A DNA stretch of 63,720 nucleotides, filler included, from Chiloscyllium plagiosum (Eukaryota): assembly GCF_004010195.1 (NCBI RefSeq). It is 5 parts of 2 records of this genome, joined end to end, with 100 filler letters (N's around TTAATTAATTAA, not from the genome) between each part and the next. Parts side by side here need not be neighbours in the genome. Positions count along the whole stretch, not along the records: positions 15,574 to 37,016 come from NC_057716.1; 4 more parts are not named here. One strand, given 5' to 3'. Positions 22,913 through 33,765 of the stretch are shown piece by piece (the stretch's first letter is position 1; every line of letters begins with the position of its first letter). A program made the position numbers and the translations under genes. The notes beneath the pieces were generated by a model. The model was given only the letters and a program-made list of their open reading frames with translations, had not been told where the DNA came from and ran no database searches.

Positions 22913-23940
22913 GTTCTCCAGGATCATTTACATTTCTGCACTGGAAGCTGTGAGGTACCAATCTCCGCCACTCTAGATTCGGGGTTCTGAACCTGACTCC
23001 CTTTCAATTGCCCTTCGGAACAGCACTCGCCTGTCTCTTAGGATTGACTGACCCATGTTCAACTACTATTCACATGGATCCCTTCTCCACTTTGGTCTTC
23101 AAAGTTCTAGATTGAATATTTGCTACAACCACTAAGATTTGCTTCTACAACAGTTCCACCTGGGCCCTGGGCTTCTGTGCTCACCTAACCGCAGTGGCCC
23201 TCCTACTTGTCACAGCGTAGCCCCCACAGGCTCTGCCAGCGATGGCTGGGTTTGGGCCCGATGCTCCAGCGCCATCCATTTTCAGGGCTGGTTGATTTGG
23301 CAGGTCAATTGTTACACATTCTTTCACAGATTCCGACTTCCATGGCCCCCATCCTGCTATGGTTATCAACAACACCTTTTGTGGAGTCTGATGAGCATTG
23401 GGATTGGGCGCCTTAACCCAGCATTCAGTTCATCTTGCAGGATCAGGTCTGCTTACCAAAAGTGGCCAACCAGGCACTCACATTCCACACCTGGCTCCAA
23501 GCCAGCGAGTCTGGCTTCTTACCCATTTAAAGTTTGCGAATAGGTCGAGATCTTTTCAGCCCCAAGACCTCTAATCATTCACTGGGTAATACTGTGTGGA
23601 AGACGAGCACCAGCTATCCTGAGGGAAACTTCAGAGGGAACCAGCTACCAGATGGTTCGATTTGTCTTTCGCTCCTATACCAAGGTAGGATGACCAATTT
23701 GTATGTCAGGACTGCTAGGACCTCCACCAGATGTAACTTCTTAGATTCTATGCCCAGGCATAGTTCACCATCTTTTGGGTCCTAACACGTGTTCTCCACC
23801 TCCCTGACAGTGTGGGTGAGATGGGCTAGTGGTGCGCCCACTGCATAGGACGGTGGTATCCCACCTTGTTTGGCCCCCAACCTTTACCTTCATTGCACCA
23901 TGAGGTTTCATGACCACCTTTTAACTCGCGCATGTATTAG
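22913..23940 (-). pseudogene. Decayed 28S rRNA fragment (about 1 kb, internal part of the 5' half)
   Basis: Reverse complements of conserved LSU blocks, e.g. GACTGACCCATGTTCAACT, TTGAATATTTGCTAC, GCCATCCATTTTCAGGGCT, CTTACCAAAAGTGGCC, ACCCATTTAAAGTTTG, CAGCTATCCTGAGGGAAACTTC, AACCAGCTAC.AGATGGTTCGATT, GCATAGTTCACCATCTTT.GGGTCC; many CG>TG/CA changes. Confidence 0.92.
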
Positions 23941-24603
23941 TCCATATTCTGGAGCACAAGTCTTCAGTACTATCACCAGAATGTCATTAGGGCCCATAAT
24001 CTTTCCAGTATCCAGTGTCTCAACTGTTTCTTGATATCATGTGGGGTGAACTGAATTGGTTGACAACTGGTATCTGAAATGCTGGGGTCCACAGGAGCCC
24101 AAGATGAATCTTCCTCTTGGCACTTATGGCTGAAGATTGCTGCGAATGCTTCAGCTTTATCTTTTGCACTTATGTACTGGGCTATACCATTATTGAGGAT
24201 GGGAATATTTGTGGAGCTTTGTCCTCCAATGAGTTTTTAAAATTATCCACACTATTCATGTCTGGATGTGGTTGGACTGCAGAGCTTAGATCTGATCTGT
24301 TGGTTGTGGGATCGCTTAGCTATGCCAATCACTTGCTGCTTATGCTGTTTGACACATGACTAGTACTCTTTGGTGGCTTCAGCAGGTTGACTCTCATTTT
24401 CAAGGTATATCTGGTACTACTCCTGGCATGCTGCCCTACACTCTCCATCGAACCAGACTTGATATTAATGGTTGAGTGGGAGTATATGCCAGGCTATGAG
24501 GTTGCAGATAGTGATGGAGAACAGTTCTGCTGTTGATGACCCATGGTGCCTCATGGCATGGATGCCCAATCTTGGGTTCTAGATCTTTTTGAAGTCTGTC
24601 CCA

Positions 24604-25243
24604 TCTCCAGCACCCCACTTGTTGACTCTGATCTCTCCTGCGTCTGCAGTCCTCACTTTCTCCTGTTCTGCCTCTTAGTCTTACTGGCCTCAGTCTCAGA
24701 TTCCTCCTTGGTAATTTTACTTGCTGACCTACTGTTCAGGTTCTCACGCTCTTGCCACACTAGTTTAAACCTTCCCAAGTGGCACTAGCAAACCTACCTG
24801 TCAGGATAGTGCCACGGTGATAGTGCCATGCAACACAAATGAATGACATCAGCAGAAAGAGATTACTTCCTGTGTCACGTGCTACTGTAGGGAGAAATAG
24901 AAAGATAGTACAGTTAAATATGTAGCTAAAGAGCTGTTGTAGGTGGCAGTGCTTCAGATATGCGGATCATTGAGATGTCCAAGGCAGCTGAGACCTGGAC
25001 AAGAAGGACAGATTGCATCTAAACTGCAGAGGCAACAATATCCTGACAGGTAGGTTTGCTAGCGCCACTTGGGAAGGTTTAAACTAGTGTGGCAAGAGAG
25101 TGAGAACCTGAACAGGAGGTCAGCAAGTAAAATTACCAAGGAGGAATCTGAGACTGAGGCCAGTAAGACTAAGAGGCAGAACAGGAGAAAGTGAGGACTG
25201 CTGATGCGGGAAACATCAGAGTCAATAAGTGGGGTGCTGGAGA
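24604..25243. repeat. Inverted duplication of about 205 bp (24604-24808 vs 25039-25243)
   Basis: ORFs 24543+ and 25292- give the same peptide SPHFLLFCLLVLLASVSDSSLVILLADLLFRFS; nucleotide match visible. Confidence 0.9.
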
Positions 25244-25351
25244 AGCACGGCAGGTCAGGCAGCATCCGAGAAGCAGGAGAGCCCTTCATCAACTCTCCTG
25301 CTCCTCAGATACTGCCTGACCTACTGTGCTTCTCCAGTGCCACACTTTTCA
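25185..25351. mobile_element. Penelope pLTR fold-back mini-element
   Basis: TSD ACTAAGAGGCAGAACAG / ACTAAGAGGAAGAACAG; inverted GGCAGCATC / GATACTGCC arms. Confidence 0.75.
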
Positions 25352-25452
25352 ACTAAGAGGAAGAACAGACGGGGGGAGGTTAATGAAGATGGTGGAACTG
25401 ATTGAAATACCTTTATTTTAATGTGAGGGGTATGACAAGTAAAGCAGATGAA

Positions 25453-26052
25453 CATAGAACATAGAACATAGAAGAATACAGCGCAGTACAGGCCCTTTGG
25501 CCCTCGATGTTGCGCCGATCCAAGCCCACCTAACCTATACTAACCCACTATCCTCCATATACCTATCCAATGCCCGCTTAAATGCCCATAAAGAGGGAGA
25601 GTCCACCACTGCTGCTGGCAGGGCATTCCATGAACTTACGACTCGCTGAGTGAAGAACCTACCCCTAACTTCAGTCCTATATCTACCCCCCCTTAATTTA
25701 AAGCTATGCCCCCTTGTAATACCCGACTCCATACGAGGGAAAAGGTTCACACTGTCAACCCTATCTAACCCCCTAATCATCTTGTACACCTCAATCAAGT
25801 CACCCCTAAACCTTCTTTTCTCTAATGAAAACAGCCCCAAGTGTCTCAGTCTATCCTCATACGATCTTCCTTCCATACCAGACAACATCCTGGTAAACCT
25901 CCTCTGCACCCGTTCCAGTGCCTCCACATCCTTCCTATAGTATGGCGACCAAAACTGCACACAATATTCCAGATGCGGCCGCACCAGAGTTTTATACAAC
26001 TGCATCATGACCTCAGGACTCCGGAACTCAATTCCTCTACCAATAAAAGCCA
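25453..26052 (-). mobile_element. Young CR1 3' end, (TATGTTC)n tail
   Basis: Uninterrupted ORF AFIGRGIEFRS...RALDRYMEDSGLV; (AGAACAT)3. Confidence 0.93.
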
Positions 26053-26249
26053 GATTAAGTTCATGGAATGCCCTGCCAGCATTCCAGATACTTAGCATTT
26101 AGAGTAACATATATAACTCTGATGTAGCTATGACAGAGACTAGGTTGAGAGACTCTCCTGCTCCTCAGATGCTGCCTGACCTGCTGTGCTTTTCCAGCGC
26201 CACACTTTTCGACTAAGACGAAGAACAGACAGGTGGAGGTTACTGAAGA

Positions 26250-26960
26250 CGGCGGAACTGACTGAAATACCTTTATTTTAATGTGAGGAGTATGACAGGT
26301 AAGGCAGATGAACTTAGCATTTGGAGTAACATATATAACTCTAATGTTGTAACTATGACAGAGACTAGGTTGAGAGACAGGCAAGTTTGGCAGCTTAACA
26401 TTCCAGGATTCAGATGTTTCTGACGAGATAGAGAGGGATGTAAAAGAGGTGGGGTAGTTGCGTTACTGATCAAGGAGAATGTCACAGCTGTACTAAGGGA
26501 GGATACCTTGGAGGGCTCATCCAACGAGGCATTCTGGGTAGAGCTCAGGATTGGAAAGGTAGAATCACTTTGATGGAATTGTACTACAGTCCTCCCAACA
26601 GCCAGCAGGTGATAGAGGAACAGCTAAGTGGACAGAATATGGAAAAATATGAAAACAACAGGGTTGTTGTGGTGGGTAATTTTAACTTCTCCTAAATTAA
26701 CTGGGGTTCCTTTTGTACCAGGGGCTTGGATGGGTGAGAATTTGTTAGGTATGTCCAGGATTGTATTCTGAAATAATATGTAAATAATCCAACTAAGGAA
26801 GAGCCTTAGTTGGTCTATGGTACTGAGTACTGGTACTGGGAAATGCGCCCAGCCAGGTGATCGAAGTTTCAGTTGGGGAGCATTTCGGGATTAGCGACCA
26901 TAATTCTGTAAGTCTTAATATACTTACGGATAGAAATAAGAGTAGTCCTCAGGTGGAAGT
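26250..26960 (+). mobile_element. Decayed CR1 APE domain
   Basis: LKYLYFNVRSM..KADEL...RGGVVALLIKE...YYSPPNS...VVGNFNF...ISDHNSV. Confidence 0.8.
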
Positions 26961-28605
26961 AAACCAAGAGACATAGGAGCAGAAATTAAGTCATTCAGCC
27001 CATCGACCTGCCATTCAATCATGGCTAATAAGTTTGTCAACTCCATTTTCCCACTTTCTCCCTGTAACCCTTGATCCCCTTGAACTCAAGAATCTATCAA
27101 TTTTAATCTTAAATGTACTCAATGACTTGACCTCCACAGCCATCTCTGGCAATGAATTCCATAGATTCACCACTATCTGGCAATAGAAATGTCTCCTTAT
27201 CTCCATTCTTAAAGGTCTTCCCTTTACTTTAAGGCTATGCCCTTGGGACCTAGTCTCTCTTACCAACGAAAACATCTCCCAACATCTACTCTGTCCAGGC
27301 CATTCAGTATTCTGTATCCTTCAATTAGATCCCCCCATATTCTTCTAAACGCCATTGAGTATAAACCCAGAGTCCTCAAACACTCTTCATATGTTAAGCT
27401 TTTCATTCCTGGGACCATTCTTGTGAACTTCCTCTGAACATGCTCCAGGGCCTGTATATCTTCTTGAGATATGGAGCCGAAAACTGCATACAATATTCCA
27501 AATGTGGTCTGACCTGGGCCTTATAAAGCCTCAGAAATACATCCCTGCTTTTATATTCAAGTCCTCACAACATAAATGCCATCATTGCATTTGCTTTCCT
27601 AACTATTGACTCAACCTGCAAGTTTACCCTGACAAAAATCCTGGGCTAGAACTCCCAAGTCTCTTTATACTTCAGACTTCTAAATTTTCTTCTCATTTAG
27701 AAAATAGTCCATGCCTCCATTCTTACTATCAAAGTGCATGACCTCACACTTTCTCGCTTTGTACTCCATCTGCCATTTCTTTGCCCACTAACCTATCCAA
27801 ATCCTTCTGTAGCCTCTCTGCCTCTTCAATGCTACCTGTCCCTTTACTTATCTTTATATCGTTGCAAACTTAGCCAGAATGCCCTCAGCTCCTTCATCTA
27901 GATCATTAATGTATAAAGTGAAAAGCTGTGGCCCCAACACAGAGCCTTGCTGAACACCACTTGTCACTGGCTGCTATCTGAGAAGGACCCTTTTATTCCC
28001 ACTCTCTGCTTTCTGACAGACAGCCAAGATTCTGTCCATGCTAGGACCTTCCCCCTGATGCAGTGGCCCTTATCTTAATCAGTAGCCTCTTATGTGGTAC
28101 CTTGTCAAAGGCCTGCTTGAAATCCATGTAGATAACATCCATTGGCTCTCCTTGGTCTAACCTGCTCGTTACTTCCTCAAATAATTCTAGCAGATTTGTC
28201 TGGCATGACTTCCCCTTGATGAAACCATGCTGACTTTGCCCTATTTTACCATACACTTCCAAGTATTCAGGAATCTCATCCTTCACAATGGATTCCAGGC
28301 TCTTACCATTGACCAAGATTAGGCTAACTGGTCTGTACTTTTCCATCTTTTGCCTTACTCCCTTTTTAAATAGGGGTGTCATATTAGTGATTTTCCAGGC
28401 CTCTGGGACCCTCCCTGATTCTAGTGATTCATGAAGGATCACCATAAAAGCCTCCACTATCTCTTCAGCTATCTCCCTTAGAACCTTGAGGTGTAGTGCA
28501 TCTGGTCCAGGTGATTTATCCACCTTCAGGCCATTCAGTTTTTCTAACACCTTCTCCTGGGTGATGACCATCATTCTTAGCTCTGCCCCCGACTCTCTTG
28601 AATTT
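26961..28605 (-). mobile_element. CR1 RT to 3' end
   Basis: DKSPGPD.LHLKVLRE...YRPVSL...QHGFIKGKSC..NL...DFKQAFDKVPH. Confidence 0.92.
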
Positions 28606-28870
28606 TGCTCATGTCAATTACTAGGAGTCATAGCTTTAAGGTAAAAGGGGAAAAGTTTAGAGGAGCTGTGAGGCAAGTGTTTATACACAGGGTGATAAGT
28701 GGCTGGGATGCGCTGCCAGAAAAGGTTGTTGAGATTGATATAAAAGCAATGTTCATGAGGCATCTTGACAGATACACAAATATGCAGAGAATAGAGGGGT
28801 ATGGACAATGTAGAAGTGAAGACATTTTAGTTTAGAAGGACTTCATCTGTCGGTGTAGTCTTGATGGACA
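28606..28870 (+). mobile_element. CR1 3' end fragment
   Basis: ITRSHSFKVKGEKFRG...WDALPEKVVE. Confidence 0.75.
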
Positions 28871-29007
28871 ATTGGTGTCTGGAAAATCAGGTTAATAGCA
28901 GATCCCAAGAAGAGGAATTTGTGGAATGTCTATGAAATGGATTTTTGGAGCAGTTTGTGGTAGAGCCCCCTGGGGAACAGGCAATTTTGGATTTGGTGAT
29001 AAGTAAT

Positions 29008-30115
29008 AGTGTCATAGAGATGTATAGCACGGAAACAGACCGTTCGGTCCAACCCGTCCATGCCAACCAGATATCCCAACCCAATCTAGTCCCACCTGCC
29101 AGCACCCGGCCCATTTCCCTCCAAACCCTTCCTATTCATATACCCATCCAAATGCCTCTTAAATGTTGCAATTGTACCAGCCTCCACCACATCCTCTGGT
29201 AGCTCATTCCATATACGTACTACCCTCTGAGTGAAAAGGTTGTCCCTTAGGTTTCTTTTATATCTTTCCACTCTCACCCTAAACCTATGCCCTCTAGTTC
29301 TGGACTCCCCGACCCCAGAGAAAAGACTTTGTCAATTTATCCTATCCATGCCTCTCATAATTTTGTAAATCTCTATAAGGTCACCACTCAGCCTCCAACG
29401 CTCCAGGGAAAACAGCACCAGCCTGTTCAGCCTCTCCTTATAGCTCAAATCCTCCAACCCTGGCAACATTCTTGTAAATCTTTTCTGAACCCTTTCAAGT
29501 TTCACAACATCTTTCCGATAGGAAGGAGACCAAAATTGCACGCAATATTCCAACAGTGGCCTAAACAATGTCCTGTACAGCCACAACATGACCTCCCAAC
29601 TCCAGTACTCAATACTCTGATCAATAAAGGAAAGCATACCAAATGCCTTCTTCACTATCCTATCTACCTGCGACTCCACTTTAAAGGAGATATGAACCTG
29701 CACTCCGAGGTCTCTTTGTTCAGCAACACTCCCTAGGACCTTACCATTAAGTTTATAAGTCCTGCTAAGATTTGCTTTCCCAAAATGCAGCACCTCGCAT
29801 TTATCTGAATTAAACTCCATCTGCCACTTCTCAGCCCATTGGCCCATCTGGTCCAGATCTTGTTGTAATCTGAGGTAGCCCTCTTCGCTGTCCACTACAC
29901 CTCCAATTTTGGTGTCATCTGCAAACGGTACCTCTTATGCTCGCATCCAAATCATTTATGTAAATGACAAGAAGTAGAGGACCCAGCACCAATCCTTGTG
30001 GCACTCCACTGGTCACAGGCCTCCAGTCTGAGAAGCAACCATCCACCACCACCCTCTGTCTTCTACCTTTGAGCCAGTTTTATATCCAAATGACTAGTTT
30101 TCCGTGTATTCCATG
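29008..30115 (-). mobile_element. CR1 RT to 3' end
   Basis: LQQDLDQMGQWAEKWQMEFNSDKCEVLHFG... Confidence 0.92.
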
Positions 30116-30189
30116 AGTCATGGTACAGATTTGAATAGGGAGCTTAAAGTGGAGGAATCCCCTAGGGGGCAATGGCCATAATATAAAAG

Positions 30190-30488
30190 TTCATAGAATT
30201 TGTACAGCACAGAAGCAGGCCATTCAGCTTATCAAGTCTGCACCAACCCTTTGAAGAGTATCTGACCCAGACCCTCCTCCGACCCTGTCCCCCTAACCCT
30301 GCATTTTCCATGGCTAATCCACTTAGCCTGCACTTTGGATTATGGGAGGAAACCAGAGCACCCAGTGGGGACCCACACAGATATGGGGAGAATACGCAAA
30401 ATTAACACAGCCACCCAAGGATGGAATTGAACCAGGTTTCTGTTACTGTGAAGCAGCAATGCTAGCCACTGACCCACCATGCCACCCA
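30190..30488 (-). mobile_element. HE1/V-SINE-related SINE
   Basis: Reverse complement of GGGTGGCATGGTGGGTCAGTGGCTAGCATTGCTGC head and V-domain. Confidence 0.75.
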
Positions 30489-31133
30489 ACATTTGAATGT
30501 GTAGAGTGAAGCCCTAATGGATGCCTAATCCAACGTTCACCCTACAGTTCAAAAGGGAAAAGGGAATTGGATGCAACCGTATTAAAATTGAGTAAAGATA
30601 ACTACAAAGACATGAGGGAGCAGCTGGCCAAAATTGATTGGACGGAAAATCTACCAGATAAGATGGTTGAATAGCAATGGCAGGAGTTTCTGGGGGTAAT
30701 TTGGAAGGCACAACAGAAATTCAACCCAAGAAAGAAGAAACATACTATAGAGAGGAGACAACTATGGCTGACAAAAACAAAAGTAAAAGCATATGATGTG
30801 GTGAAGACCAGTGAGAAGCCACTGGATTGGAAAACCTTTAAAAACCAGCAGAGGATAAATAAAAATGCAGTAAGGGAGAAGGGGACGAAATATGAGGGTA
30901 AGCTAATGTAATTAGAAGGCAAGAGTTTTTTTTTAGATATCTAGAAGTTAAGAGAGGGAAGTGTGGACATTGGACTGCTGGAAAATAAGGTTAGAGAAGT
31001 AATAATGGGGAACAAAGAAATGGTGGAGAAAATGAATAGGTTTTCACGATGGAATATATTAATGTAAATCAGAACTTCAAGAGAGTCAGGGGGCAGAGGT
31101 GAGAGTAGTGGTCATCATTAAGGTGAAGGTGCT

Positions 31134-31428
31134 GGGTGGCACGGTGGCTCAGTGGCTAGCACTGCTGCCTCACCGTACCAGGGTCTTAGGTTCAATTCCA
31201 GCCTCGGGCAACTGTCTGTGTGGAGTTTGCACATTTTTCTCACCTCTGTGTGGGTTTCCTCCCACAGTCCAAAGATGTGCAGGTCAGGTGAATTGGCCAT
31301 GCTAAATTGCTCATAGTGTTAGGTGCATTAGTCAAAAGGAAATGGGACTGGATGGGTTACTCTTCAGAGGGTTGGTGTGGAGTTGTTGGGCTGAAGGACC
31401 TGTTTCCACACAGTAGGGAATCTGATCT
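31134..31428 (+). mobile_element. HE1 (V-SINE)
   Basis: tRNA-like head with A box TGGCTCAGTGG and B box GGTTCAATTCC, core GTGTGGAGTTTGCAC, CR1-like tail. Confidence 0.88.
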
Positions 31429-31897
31429 AAAAGGTCTGAAAATGGATAAATTACATGGACCCAAGCTATACCCTAGAGTGCTGAAGGTGATAGCTGAGGA
31501 GATTGTGGAGGCATTGGTGTGATCTTTCAGGAATCTCTGGAGTCATGGAGAGTCCTAGAGGACTGAAAAATGGTTAATTTAACATCCCTGTTTAAGAAGG
31601 GAGAGATGCAGAAGATGAGAAATAAAAGGCTGATTACCCTGACGTCAGGCATTGGTAAAATTGTAGAGTGCACTATTATGGGCGACATGGTGACTCAATG
31701 GTTAGCACTGCTGCCTCTCAGCACAGGGATCTGGGATCATATCATGCCTTGGGCGACTGTCTGTGTGGAATTTGCACAATCTCCCTATGTCTACGTGGGT
31801 TTCCTCCCACAATCCAAAGATGTGCAGGTTAAGTGAATTAGCCATGCTAAATTGCCATAGTGTTCAGGGATGTGTCGGTTAGGTGCATTAGTCAGGG

Positions 31898-32496
31898 CCT
31901 CCTCTATATTGGGGAAACAGGCCGCCTACTTGCGGAGCGATTCAGAGAGCACCTCTGGGCCACCCGGACGAACCAACCCAACCAACCTGTAGCACAGCAT
32001 TTCAACTCCCCCTCCCACTCCACCGAGGATATGCAGGTCATTGGACTCATCCACCGCCAAACCACAACAACCTGACGGTCGGAGGAGGAGCGTCTTATCT
32101 TCCGACTGGGAACCCTCCAACCGCAGGGGATGAACTTGGACTTCACCAGTTTCTTCATCCCCCCTCCCCCCACCTTGTCTCAGCCGGATCCCTCCAGCCT
32201 GGCACCGCCTTCCTGACCTGCAGTCTTCTTCTTGACCTCTCCGCCTCCATCCTACTCCGACCTATCACCCTCACCTTGACCTCTTTCCACCTATCACATT
32301 TCCAACGCCCCTCCTCCAAGTCCCTCCTCCCTACCTTTTATCTTCTCCTGCTGAACACTCTCTGCTCATTCCTGAAGAAGGGCCTGTGCCCGAAACGTCG
32401 AATCTCCTGTTCCCTGGATGCTGCCTGACCTGCTGTGCTGTTCCAGCAATAAAGTTTCAACTTTGATCTCCAGCATCTGCAGACCTCACTTTCTCC
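31898..32496 (+). mobile_element. 5'-truncated Penelope-like element (third family): GIY-YIG end plus pLTR
   Basis: LLYIGETGRLLAERFREHL...VAQHFNSPSHS; perfect 14-bp TSD (31884-31897, 32497-32510); AATAAA at 32448. Confidence 0.92.
32368..32403 (+). ncRNA. Intact minimal type I hammerhead ribozyme motif
   Basis: ATTC-CTGAAGA-A-GGGC-ctgt-GCCC-GAAA-C-GTC-GAAT: perfect stem I (ATTC/GAAT), perfect stem II, full core, GUC cleavage triplet. Confidence 0.82.
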
Positions 32497-32739
32497 TGCA
32501 TTAGTCAGGGGTAAATATAGGGTAGGAGTAGGGGTTGGGGAATGGGTCTGGGTTGATTATTCTTCAGAGGATCAGTGTGGACTTGTTGGGCTGAAGGGCT
32601 AGCACTGTAGGGATTCTAATTCTATTAAGGATGACATTGCTTAGGACTTGAAGGTGCATGGTAAAATTGGATCAGTCAGCACGACTTCGTCAATGGAGGT
32701 CAAGCCTGATAAATCTGTTACAACTCTTTAAAGAAATTA

Positions 32740-33106
32740 CAGTACAACCTTGATTATCCGAACATCAATTACCTGATTTTTGGATAATCCGAACTAGATC
32801 TCAAGGTCCTGCAAAAACGGCATTAGGCAACTCAGCATTCAAATATCAATCAAACCGCATGATAGCATGCACTACCGGATAACAAAGAAATGTTTGATAA
32901 CTGACACTCAAATTACCACTTGTTTACGATAGATCAGTTAGTCGTTAAACAGCATTATGGTGTGCATTGTCAGATAGCGAGAAATGTTTGGATAACTGAC
33001 ACACACAAATTACCGCTTATTTACGATCAGATCAGTTATCTGAGCGCTCAATTATCCGAACAAAATACTCCCCACCTGTCTCGTTTGGATAATTGAGGTT
33101 CTACTG
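32740..33106. mobile_element. 367-bp Tc1/mariner-type MITE
   Basis: TIRs CAGTACAACCTTGATTATCCGAAC / GTTTGGATAATTGAGGTTCTACTG; TA TSD on both sides; internal direct repeat of about 60 bp. Confidence 0.88.
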
Positions 33107-33765
33107 TACAAGCAAATGGAGAGCAAAGGAGAGCCAGTGTATATGATTTATTTGGATTTCCAGAAGGCCTTTGACAAGGTACTACTCAGGAGGCTGCTAA
33201 ATAAGATATGATGTTCAGGGTAAGGTAGTGGCATGGATAGAGGATTGGCTGACTGGCAGAAAGCAGATAGTAGGGACAAAGGAGTCTTTCACAGGATGGT
33301 AACAGGTGATTAGTGGAGTTCTGCAGGGATCTGTGTTGGGACCACAAGTATTTAAGTTATACATCAATGATCTGGACGAAGGAACTGAGGGCTTTGTTGC
33401 TAAGTTTGGCCGATGACACAAAGATAGGTGGAGGGACAGGTAGTGCTGAGTGGGGAGGCTGCAGAAGAGCTTGGACAGGTTAGGCAAATAGGCAAAGAAA
33501 TAGCAGATGGAATACAATTGAAGGAAGAATAGAATGTTTGGTGGAGTGGTGTAAAAAGAAATGGGGTTGAGAAACATATCAGCCATGATCAAATGGTATA
33601 GCAGCCTTGATGTGCCGAAAGGCCTGATTCTGTTCCTATAAAGTAAACTTGCAGATTGAATCGAACTTTGGAAGACAAGTACAATGTTGTCATTCATCTC
33701 AAGAGGACTAGAACATAAAAGTAGGGATCTACTTCTGAGGCTTTATAAGGCTCTGGTCAGACTAC

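Larger units (their letters stand above)
20155..24600 (-). mobile_element. Fragmented old L2/CR1-group LINE (pieces at about 20155-20340, 21093-21375, 22800-22912, 23941-24600)
   Basis: DKSNPANYHPINLLSIINKV...IKQHL; pieces are reverse complements of 45500-47500 and 50000-50200. Confidence 0.7.
31681..32625 (+). mobile_element. HE1 SINE (31681-31897 and 32511-32625) split by a Penelope insertion
   Basis: Head and core before the insertion, tail after it; TSD TGCATTAGTCAGGG. Confidence 0.85.
28870..33765 (+). mobile_element. Old CR1 ORF2 scaffold (APE to RT) broken by at least five later insertions
   Basis: Colinear remnants: EEFVECL..GFLEQFVVEP (28915), LYPRVLKVIAEEIVEALV (31465), DFQKAFDKV (33155), QGSVLGP (33325), LLRLYKALVR (33730). 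Confidence 0.7.

Noticed and set aside
22913..23940. Functional rRNA gene
   Set aside because: Partial, heavily mutated, and without 18S/5.8S/ITS context
25650..25940. Recurrent antisense ORFs (e.g. KNLPLTSVLYLPPLNLKLCPLV) as a gene family
   Set aside because: Shadow frames of CR1 ORF2 that recur only because the repeat does
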